NCBI GenBank assembly: GCA_049999805.1
Contig: JBNGIO010006356.1
Coordinates: forward strand, 1 to 64,000
Origin: Folioceros fuciformis
Lineage: Eukaryota
Length of the DNA: 64,000 bases
Direction of reading: 5' to 3'
Shown here: positions 54,850-64,000 of the stretch, piece by piece
How the letters are laid out: every line of letters starts with the position of its first letter
How positions within the stretch are numbered: position 1 is the stretch's first letter
Notes under the pieces: generated by a model
Seen by the model: the letters and a program-made list of their open reading frames with translations, nothing else
Databases searched by the model: none
Told to the model about the DNA's origin: nothing
Made by a program: the position numbers and the translations under genes

Positions 54850-57515
54850 ATGTCATTCCTCGTGCGCGACTGCTGTGATGCGTCTTGTGCCAAGACCGTA
54901 AGGCTCACGGAACTGACTGCTCCTCGCTCTCTCGATGCCCTTGCTGTTCCACTCTCCCCCTTGGTGAGCTTCCACGGCCGTCTCCGTAGCGTGTGGAGCA
55001 GGTGCACCTCGGGGCAGAGCTCCGCAGAATGTAGAGCCTGGAGCAGGCCTCGGGGGTATGCGTCCTGGAAAACTGTATTCGCCTCTGCATCGGCCGCGCC
55101 GCAGCGAGGTCTCCAGGCAGATGGAAGCAGTCCCCTTGCCGAGAAGGCTAGGCTGGAGGAGATCCACAGCTTCATTTCATTACCGGCATTGGCATCCAAA
55201 ATATCTGGCCGGCCCACTCTCCTGGACAGACAGGCGAATGCGCTGGAGGGCTCTGCTAATTTCTCATGGCGGGAGCGGGCTGAGGCTATGAATGGGCTGC
55301 TGGACTTGCTGGAGCAGGAAGGGGTTCATTCCGCATATGCCTTTGAGTTCGTCCGTTATGCCGGGGATTTGGTTGATTTGCTCATCATTGAGGCCAAGGA
55401 GTTCTTCGGCAGCTACTGTGATGCCCCTCCGTTGGCGTGCGGGAATGGCATCGACTCGCAGTCTTCGGACGGCCATGCTGGGACCCGGTTGGCAGCAGAG
55501 ACTGTTGGAGAACGTGGCTCGCACGCTGAACGAGACTTTCTGCCCTTGTTGGATATGAGGAGGCTGAAAGACCTCGATGTGCATCCGGTTACACTGGATG
55601 ACAACATAACCAGACCAGCACTTCCTCTCAGCGTTAGTGTTGCAATCATTGCTGGCAATCTTGGTTTATCGAGGCTGGCTTTGTACTTTCAACAGATAGG
55701 CATGAGGGCCCCTGATCTCTCCAAGCTGCTCCCGTTTGTAAGCCGGAACATTGACGACGTCATGGCCAAAGTGGAGTTTTTGAGAGCCATCGGAGTCCAG
55801 ATTGCCCAGCTTCCGCAAATTCTCACAAGGTGTCCACAGCTGCTAACTTTCCAATATGAACGGCTTGCTCCAGTGGCAGAGTATTTGAGAAGCCTGGGCT
55901 TGTCAGATACTGAGATTGGGAAGATAGTGACAAAGACGCCACAAGTTCTAGGTTGCCAGTTGGAGGAGTTGCTCGAGACTGTGCAGTATTTCGACCACTT
56001 AGGTGTTGCCTCGGGAGACTTCAAGAAACTGGTCGTTCGATATCCTATCCTTCTGACTGATGCTAAGTTCCGGGTGGAGTCGCTGATTGCCTTTCTGGAG
56101 GGTATAGGCGTACAAAAGAAGCACTTTGGGGGACTACTGAGACGAAGGCCCGTGCTACTGGAGAGCAATATAGAAAGGGATTTGATGCCAATAGGGAATT
56201 ATCTCAAGGTCATCAATGCCAAGCCAGATGACATCGACAAGATTGTTACCTCGTTCCCAGGACTTTTTTGCTATGATCTTGAGCAGGTATTCTTTCCCTC
56301 GTGCCTGTCCTCTCCACCAGTTAACTCCTTTTCTGATAAAGCTTTCTTTGGTTTGCTGCCCCGCTTGTGCTGCGATAGGACTTCAAGCCAACTGTTCAAC
56401 ACCTCCAGAGCTTGGGAGTAGAACTAGCCCTCATGGGCAAGCTGTTTAGAAGGCATCCTCAGTTGCTAAGGAATCGGCACAGCTTTCTTCGTCGAACAGA
56501 ATACCTTCTCAGCTTGGGGCTCGATCGCAACGACCTTGGTAAGGTGGGTAACTGCCTTGCATGTCGTTTGACATTCGTCGTGTAGTACATCATCTGGTCG
56601 GATATCAGATTTCTGTGGCTTTGCTTTGTTGAATGGCCGTTGGTTGCGTGCACCAGGTTATTTATAATGCACCTCAACTGCTTGGTCTAAGTGTGGAGGA
56701 AAACATGATGCCAACTGTGCAGTTTCTGCATGACATAGGTGTTGAAGGGCCTGGCTTACTGAAGGTATTAACATTGCTGCTAGAAAGTTCTAGAGCAAGT
56801 GATAGGATGTACGCATGTCCGTTCTCATGCTGTGATTTGTCCACGCTGGGCAGGTTCTCAGATTGAAGCCCATGATACTGGCACATAACGTGAACTCTAA
56901 GCTTCAGCCAAATTTGAGATACCTTGCAAGTATTGGGATCAAATCTCGAGATCTTGCCAAGTAATGGACTCAACACTGCTTTCATTTTTGAAGCACAACT
57001 TTTCTCGTTTATGTCGTCAGCTGAGGATCTGTGGTTGACAGGCTAGTCACACGTCATCCACAGCTGCTCACGTTAAGTGTGGAAAATAATCTCATTCCAA
57101 CCGTGAAGTTCTTCCACAACCTTGGGTTCAGCAGGTGGGCTCATGGTGATGCTCTTCTTGCTCCTTCAACAGGTTTGGTCTCTAGTGTGGTTGACAAGCT
57201 TGAGAGGGCTGCCTGGATGGTTGCAGGTCGGAAATCGCAGAGATGGTAAGGAGATTACCCTCCCTTCTCGGATTTAGTGTGTGCACAGCTTTGGAGCCCA
57301 AGTACAAGTACTTAGTTGATGACATGAAAAGGTCCCGGCAGGAGGTGGTTCAGTTCCCTCAGTTCTTCAGTTATAGTCTATCAAAGCGCATAGCTCCCAG
57401 GTTCGAACGTCTTGGGTTAGGGCAACTGCTCTGTTCCCGCTCGCTAAATAGCATCTACGGCTGTAACGATGCAGTGTTTGAAAGGAAGTTGCGCAGGTGG
57501 CATTCCACCTTATGA
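54850..57515 (+). CDS. mTERF family protein (organelle-targeted), multi-exon
   Basis: Repeated mTERF motifs (KVEFLRAIGV..ILTRCPQLL, VAEYLRSLGL..KIVTKTPQVLG, LIPTVKFFHNLG). C-terminal FPQFFSYSLSKRIAPR. Ser/Arg/Ala-rich N-terminus. Confidence 0.9.
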
Positions 57516-57855
57516 CTAAAACGCCTGATTTCATAATCGCTGCGTCGAGCATGGCCTTTCCGACGACTGACACTTGGTTCAGTGTCTGGGATGCCATTTC
57601 CCTGTTGTAGAGAATAGTCATTGTTAAGTGTGTGCAGATGCAAGACTGATAGCAAGAATGAAAGTATAAGGACTTTGAGTCCAACCTTGACTCACTGCCG
57701 AATTGTCAAGGGATGCTTGCATGAACTAGCAGAAATTGTTTCAGTCCACTTGGATGTAATTTTCCTATGATGGGACATGGAGCTCGAAAAAGCCTACGAG
57801 AAATAACCCAGGAAAGGTCACCAGGCATAGGGCCCTCGTGTTCGGAATCGGAAAG

Positions 57856-59370
57856 TCACTCTATGGTGACCTTGCTGCACACGCGTACTAAAGACAGCAC
57901 TCTGAAAAAGAAGTCGTCGGCAGCTGCATCGCATGTCTTCATCATCTGAGTAACTTTCACTGCCAACCGTCGAAGTGAGGGGCAGCATTTGATAAACGAG
58001 TGCAAAGTTGCGAGTTTCTGATCCCCGTTTAGAGGGGACCTGATCGTCACCCAGACCTCTTCAAGGCAGGAAAATCTGGTCATGGGAGTGACCTGCGAAC
58101 GTGGGTTGTAGATTTAGAGTCTGCAATAGATGAGAAAAACAGTGGCAATGGCATAATTAGAGAATTTAGAGGGTCAAAGGCGGGAGAGAGAATTTCTGAC
58201 CTGCTTCAGACTGGACTTTTGTGCCAATGCCGCAAACATCGCACCTTGTGCTTCAAACACCTTGAGCTTCGGGTGACTGGCAAAGAAATTAACGATATCA
58301 ATTTCTGGAAAGGGCTCCATCTTGTCTCCATCCCCGCAAAACTCCACCCGCATTCTGAGCTCCCGGATCTCCGTGGCCGACTGTAAAACAGTGGTTATGG
58401 AGTCCCAGGACCACTGCACACCTCGAAGTGACAGTGACTCCAAATTGGATAGTCTTCCCACCTCAAGCTTGTGAACTTTGCCTGCTCCGTCACAAATCCA
58501 AATCAAACATTACAGACGTGTGCAGGGATACTCCAGAATATCCGCGCGATTGTAGCAAGGAAAATAAGCCTTACCGACGCTGTTCGCCAATGATAGTTGC
58601 CGCAAACACAGGGTATGCCTGAGGCGCACCCAACAAGCACCTTGGATCTCACAGACTTGTAGACGTGGACAGCTAATGGTGACAAAGCAGTCCCCACCTG
58701 CGCAAAGGTCCAATCTGCACTCGAGAAGATGCTCGAGCTCCACTGACAGCACTCGAACACCCTGGCATCCGAGCAGAGTCAACCGGGACAAGATGGGACA
58801 GGCACGGAGAACGTTTTGCAACACACTCTCCTCGAACAGGGCCCCGACGATCTCCAATGTCTTCAGATTACCGAATGAGCGCAAGTCATGGGGTTGCTGC
58901 GTGAAGAGAACACCCCATAGCCGAAGCGTTTTGAGGTGCAGGAAGTGTGCAATACAATCCAGCTTGCTTACACTTGCCGTGGCCGGCCTCTTGTCCCCTA
59001 GTTCATCCAGACGCAATTCCAAGGTTTCAAGCGAATTCTTGGCGTGCGAAATCCATGCGAGCATACTGTCATTGGAGAAGGGGCAGTAGACGACGAGCTC
59101 TTGGAGGCACGTCGTCCGTAGAACCATACGGGTCACAATGCCATCACTGCTCCTGTTCCGATCCTCATCACAATTTTCCCCGGAAGAGCGCTTCACTTCA
59201 TTGCTCACGTTCCTGGCGAAATAGAGTCGATAACCTTGGCACATGGCCTCTTTCCATTTCTTACAAACACATGAGCAAGCTGCCACATCTCTTGCATTAT
59301 GAATGAAACTTAGCATATGCTGCACAACGGCGTCAGGCAAAACATCCAGCACGCCGTCATCTCCTTCCAT
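57856..59370 (-). CDS. F-box/LRR (RNI-like) protein, 3 exons
   Basis: N-terminal F-box LDVLPDAVVQHMLSFIHNARDVAACSCVCKKWKE followed by LRR-like repeats (LQELVVYCPF, LKTLRLWGV, LESLSLRGVQWSW). Ends KVTIE-TGA. Confidence 0.9.
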
Positions 59371-60109
59371 GTCCACTGCTTCAAGCAAGAAAGCCTGCGT
59401 GCCAGGGCAAACACTCACGAATCCACCGACCTGACACCCTGAATCATACAGCGCAAACGAGCACCTACACAATGCGCCAGCAGTAGGTCAGAAACCAGGC
59501 ATCCAGCAGCAGTTTGCATTCACATCAGGAAGGATGCAAATTTCAAACCGCCGGTTAGCGAATCCCGTGCAGCTCTTACGGAGAGAAAGCAGGTTTGCTA
59601 CAGTCACTGCTAGTTTCTGAATTCCGCAAGCCTAGGGGAAAACCAGGCTCGAAAGACACTGAAAAAACATTACCTGCAAAGCGCACGGTCGTCCGCGCCA
59701 CGCGCACAGGGCGAGCTCCATCGGCATCAGAGGAACCTGGACGCTCGGTTGTGAAGCTGAGACTCAAGAGTCTGGAGAGTGGCCAAGAGGGACGGAAAAT
59801 GGAACTGTCAGATTTGGCGGGAACGCGGCCAAACGTTTTTGGCGGGAGCTTCCATATTACCCGGTCATGTACTCCGCTCAAGTACTCGATATCTACAGGT
59901 TCCGTCATAAATGTTCTTTGGTTTAGCTCAATGTAACTCAATTCACTCTCATAGCCCTAAAATCCTGGCACTTTTTTGAGAGCAACATAGCTATAATCAG
60001 CGTTCATAGTTATATTATTTTTGTTGGATTAGGTGAAGATTTTGAGTCCTTGTTGAGTTGACGTGATTGCGGATAATATAGGTGAGTGCATCATATTTAA
60101 TTGGTGTAC

Positions 60110-60275
60110 TTCGTGTGAAAATAACAAACTAAGATCGGATCTAATTCATACACTTGGTGTGAAAGCTACGGACTAAAATCCATATGTGATTAGTACATTT
60201 GGTGTGAAAACTATCAACTAATATCCATATGTGATTGATATATTTGGTATGAAAACGATATAATTAAAACTATAT
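60110..60275. repeat. Degenerate ~45-bp tandem repeat within an AT-rich island
   Basis: tt(g/c)gt(g/a)tgaaa cores at about 60110, 60154, 60199 and 60244, with a shared atccatatgtgatt segment in two of the units. Confidence 0.65.
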
Positions 60276-60754
60276 TTACTAAATATTTATATAAATTAAA
60301 TAAATATGTATATGTATATAAATATTTATTTAATTTTTACAATTGGTGTAAAAATGAACAATTAATTTGCTCAAAACCAGTGGTGCACTGATCGTATATA
60401 TGTACATGTTATAAATCATCGTACACATTGATATGGATTAAATGTTTGCAACTTATATCTTCTGGTAGGTGAAGTTGGTTCGAAAACTTGACAAACCAGA
60501 GTGAAGATCACCAAACTCTTAAGGGGCGAGACAAAAGGCGAAAATGATCTTTCAGAACTTGGTGTCTAGAATCACCAATTTCAGTTTTGCAGTCATTAGA
60601 ATACACTGGAAATACAGCCTGCAACGGTTGTAGCTGAGAGTGCAGCGTGCAAGCCAAGGGCGTTCTGGAACTCTGGTCTTCATGCCATGTCCATCCACAA
60701 GGTCTTGCAGCGGTGGGGGGCCTGGGTCACGGGGATGACTTCCAGACAAGGAGG

Positions 60755-61912
60755 CTAAGCCTGTCCACACTTTCGGAGAGATCGTAACCCCTCTTCCTCA
60801 TACTCGTGCCTGCTTATCCAGAACTCTGGAGTGTCCTTCATGATGTCTGCCAGGACGGCACCTCCAAGGTATACCAAGTGCTTACGACGAGGGGGATCCT
60901 CAATTCTGAGCCTCAGCTTGGAAAGACCGTCCTTGTTCCCCTTGAGGACAGTGTGAAGATAGCGTTCACGGATCTCCTTCTCCAGCCTGCTGGGCAGACC
61001 AGGGTACATGGTGCTCCCACCGCTGAGGACGATATGTTGGTACAAAGTCATGCGATTGTCAATATCCATCTCCTGGATGCACCTGAAAACAAGGTCTGCC
61101 AAACCATCTCCTTCCACATCGATGAGCTCTGGGGTGAAGAGAGCTTCAGGGGCCTGGAAGCGTTCGGCACCAACCTTGATGACCCGACCGTCAGGCAAGG
61201 TGTACTGCTTCACCAGGATGGTTGTCTCCAAAGCAAGCCTCATCTCCCGCTTGTAGTCGATGCTCATGTAGCAAAGCTGCTCCTTGATTTCCCGCACACT
61301 CTCCAAGTCAGCTGTTCTATTCAAGGAGTATCCTCTCCTGAGCAGCAGGTCCAAGAGGTACGAGGTGATCTGCCTCCCAGCCATGTTCATCCGCTTGGTG
61401 AGGTGAGGAAAGGAGAAGCCATCCACCACAGGCACGATATGCGTCACACCGTCGCCCGAGTCCACAACAAGTCCAGTCAAGAGCCCCTGCGCATACAGTG
61501 TGAGCACCGCCTGAATTTGCACAAAAACAGCTGCGAAGTTGTACTTCTCGAACATGGTTTGCACCATCCTCTCCCTGTTCTTGATAGGGTTGAGAGGCGG
61601 GTCCGTGAGCAAGATCTTGCATTCGGAAGGCTCAATTTGAAGCACCTCATGGAATGTGTGATCCCACACTTGGCTCATATCATCCCAATTCTGGATGACT
61701 CCCCTGGATATGGGGTACGAAAGCTCCAGCTGATGCCGCAGCTCTTGGCAGCTGTTGCCTACAAACACTCCCTTGGAATCATGGTCGTCCTCCCGGGGCG
61801 TGGAGCGTCCCACCATACACGGGAAAACTGCTGTAGGGAAGTTGTCTCCAGCGAAACCGCACTTGACGAAGCCCGTCCCATTGTCGCACACAATCACGTC
61901 GTGCGCACCCAT
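60755..61912 (-). CDS. ARP2: Actin-related protein 2 (Arp2/3 complex), intronless
   Basis: 385-aa single ORF with [72 protein letters not shown] and IEDPPRRKH, all diagnostic of ARP2. Confidence 0.96.
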   Translation of the reverse strand: MGAHDVIVCDNGTGFVKCGFAGDNFPTAVFPCMVGRSTPREDDHDSKGVFVGNSCQELRHQLELSYPISRGVIQNWDDMSQVWDHTFHEVLQIEPSECKILLTDPPLNPIKNRERMVQTMFEKYNFAAVFVQIQAVLTLYAQGLLTGLVVDSGDGVTHIVPVVDGFSFPHLTKRMNMAGRQITSYLLDLLLRRGYSLNRTADLESVREIKEQLCYMSIDYKREMRLALETTILVKQYTLPDGRVIKVGAERFQAPEALFTPELIDVEGDGLADLVFRCIQEMDIDNRMTLYQHIVLSGGSTMYPGLPSRLEKEIRERYLHTVLKGNKDGLSKLRLRIEDPPRRKHLVYLGGAVLADIMKDTPEFWISRHEYEEEGLRSLRKCGQA

Positions 61913-62307
61913 TTCTCCTCGTCTCCCTCCCCGATCCGGCCCGCCGCTACAACGTTCTTCCTCGCCACCACCCGATCACACCTCGCTCCTTCATCTCTCA
62001 ACCCTACCCGATCCGCGCCCGCTATACCCTCCTCGCATCACTCAGTCAACAAAACAAAATCACCGGGCGGAGTCGCCCATGCGGATTCCAGAACCACGCC
62101 TACGCACCTCCCTCGCACAGCGCACGAAAACTTGGAAGCAACAATGCCACGAAACTGTTTCGCCAAATGCCCCCACTCCGGCCGGCATCGCATCAATTGG
62201 GAAAACACAAAATACATGTTTCACTTTTACAAGCAAAAATTGCCACTGCCGTCGCCGTTGCCTTCGCCGTGCAGTATGCGCTGTTAGCGCACGCCCTCTT
62301 TCCCTAG

Positions 62308-62855
62308 CTAGCTGATAACGAGCCTATCGGCGACATTATACACAGCGAGATGCTTCCACGCGGAACCGAAGAGCCCTTCTCCACCTACTGCAAACGCGAG
62401 GGCCCAAGCCAAGAGCACGGTCGTGAAGATGACAAACCCGATCCCGGAGTTGACGACATCTGCAGCCCGGGGTTGAAGAGGGGGGGGAAGACAAGTGCAG
62501 GTCGGATCAGACACAGCCCGATCGAAAGCAAGAAGATGAACTTCCCTCAAGAAACCAGCACAAGGAGTAAGTAGCTAGCAAGAATGGCAGCGACAAGCGC
62601 AGCAGACAGACACGGACATGGACGAATGTGCTCATCGGAGTAGCGGTGCCGCAGAACTGGCCAGAAGTAGAAGCAATTGGCGAACCAGAGCCAAGGAAGC
62701 AACGCAAACCCGCCGTAGAAGAAGGCCCGAGCAAGCTTCACTGCCTCGTCCTTGTCCAACCCTAGCGGCCCGTCCACAGTCGGCCAGTGCGAAGAAGGAG
62801 CAGACGCGTCCAGCTCCCCAGCGTTCCACTGACCTGCCGCATGCCCGTCGTCCAT
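62308..62855 (-). CDS. PEN2: Gamma-secretase subunit PEN-2, 2 exons
   Basis: Exon 1 62855-62618 (WPTVDGPLGL...ARAFFYGGFALLPWLWFANCFYFWP...HIRP). Exon 2 62459-62308 (YVVNSGIGF...LLAWALAFAVGGEGLFG..W). Confidence 0.9.
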
Positions 62856-63919
62856 GTTGCAGATGCAAAGCGCTCGGGATTTCCTGTCTGTGTCTGGGCT
62901 TTCATTGGCCAGTCTTCCGTTTCCCGGCTTGGTCACTTTCCATGACCCCTATACATACTTACATGCATGCATAAAATTAACCCTTCCCTTCTTGGGTTCG
63001 AGGAAGATGGACGACATGTCTCTCTCCTTTGTTTTCATTTTAAATGAAAAATAAAATAAAATCCAACCCTGAATCCCCCGTTTCAATTATCTCTGTGTTA
63101 CTTAAGATGGATTATACCTAAGAGCGGATCCTTGTCTGGACTAGATAGGCACTACCTGCCTGCAGGTTCCCTCTGTCTCGGGTAAAAAGGTTCTTTTTTG
63201 CTTTTTCAATCGTGAAGTCTCCGCTTCCCATATGTATGTGGGGGCAAGAGAAACGCTTGATAGGACCCCCCCGCCCCCACGTTTTTGGCTGCGATCCTGT
63301 GCGGGTTGGTGATTGGGAGGCCTTACTGGAGAGAGGCCAGTCTAAGGCGACGGCCACCTGTGCCACTTCCTCTGCCCATAGGCTGCTGGCGCCATAGGCC
63401 TGTCACCTCCGGGCCCGCATGGCGCACCAGTCCTGGGCTGGGCAGGGCAGGGCAGGCCTGGAGCACCGAGGAGTGGCCGGTAGAGCGGGCTGAGTGACAG
63501 TGGACGCTTTCTTTAGTGGCGTGGGACTGTAGGCCTGCTGCGGCTCGGGGCCTGAGAGAGCCGGCATCCAGCAAATGCAGAGACAGAAACGGAGGAGTCA
63601 CGAGCACGAGACGAGGCTGGGAACCGGGACGAAGAAGCGCAGGGCCGTCCCCCCCGCTGCACGCTGCTGCCGCTGCCGCTGCCGCCACCGCCACCGCTAC
63701 CGTGTGTTGAACAGGATTTCTCCTCCCGGGGGAGTGGAGTGGCGATTGCGGCCGTGCCCGCGCCAGGTGAGCATCCGGCCACGCCAATTTTATGCCCGCC
63801 ACGGTCTGAATGCGCGTCCTTGCGACGGGGACGGTGAGGCGGGGCCATCGCCGGCCGTGTGTTTGCTGTACGTGTGCCGGATCGCGGTGATGAGGCTCGC
63901 GGAATCGTGGGGGGCAGAC

Positions 63920-63951
63920 GCAGGTGCAGGTGCAGGTGCAGGTGCAGGTGC
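63920..63951. repeat. (GCAGGT)n hexanucleotide microsatellite
   Basis: gcaggt repeated 5 times. Confidence 0.9.
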
Positions 63952-64000
63952 GGGGGACGATCGGCCGGCTTCTGGCGGTTCTCTGGAGTAGATCCAGGTA

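Noticed and set aside
60806-62287. 493-aa plus-strand ORF
   Set aside because: Antisense shadow of ARP2 with no recognisable motifs.
63300-64000. GC-rich ORFs at the window end
   Set aside because: Low-complexity sequence with no identifiable product; probably the leader or edge of a gene continuing outside the window.

Overview
This is a gene-dense, intron-rich window of a land-plant nuclear genome with short GT-AG introns and three N-gaps. The first ~4.1 kb is degenerate repeat or retroelement-like DNA. Next come a head-to-head pair of ABCC/MRP transporters that appear to lack TMD0, and an intronless 1479-aa PLS-class PPR protein. That protein has a DYW:KP deaminase-like domain ending in GRP, the type linked to U-to-C organellar RNA editing, and an N-terminal OSB-type PDF motif. 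Further along are copia integrase remnants, a divergently transcribed 2OG-Fe(II) dioxygenase / O-methyltransferase pair with an OMT pseudogene, DUF212, GlcNAc kinase, a gap-truncated tRNA-Lys(UUU), PIG-Q and DPH2 head-to-head, an ankyrin-repeat protein, a probable pseudokinase, mTERF, an F-box/LRR protein, an intronless ARP2 and gamma-secretase PEN2. The GRP-type DYW:KP domain and compact gene spacing suggest a seed-free plant with reverse editing, most likely a hornwort (inference). CDS coordinates span start to stop including introns and were read by eye.
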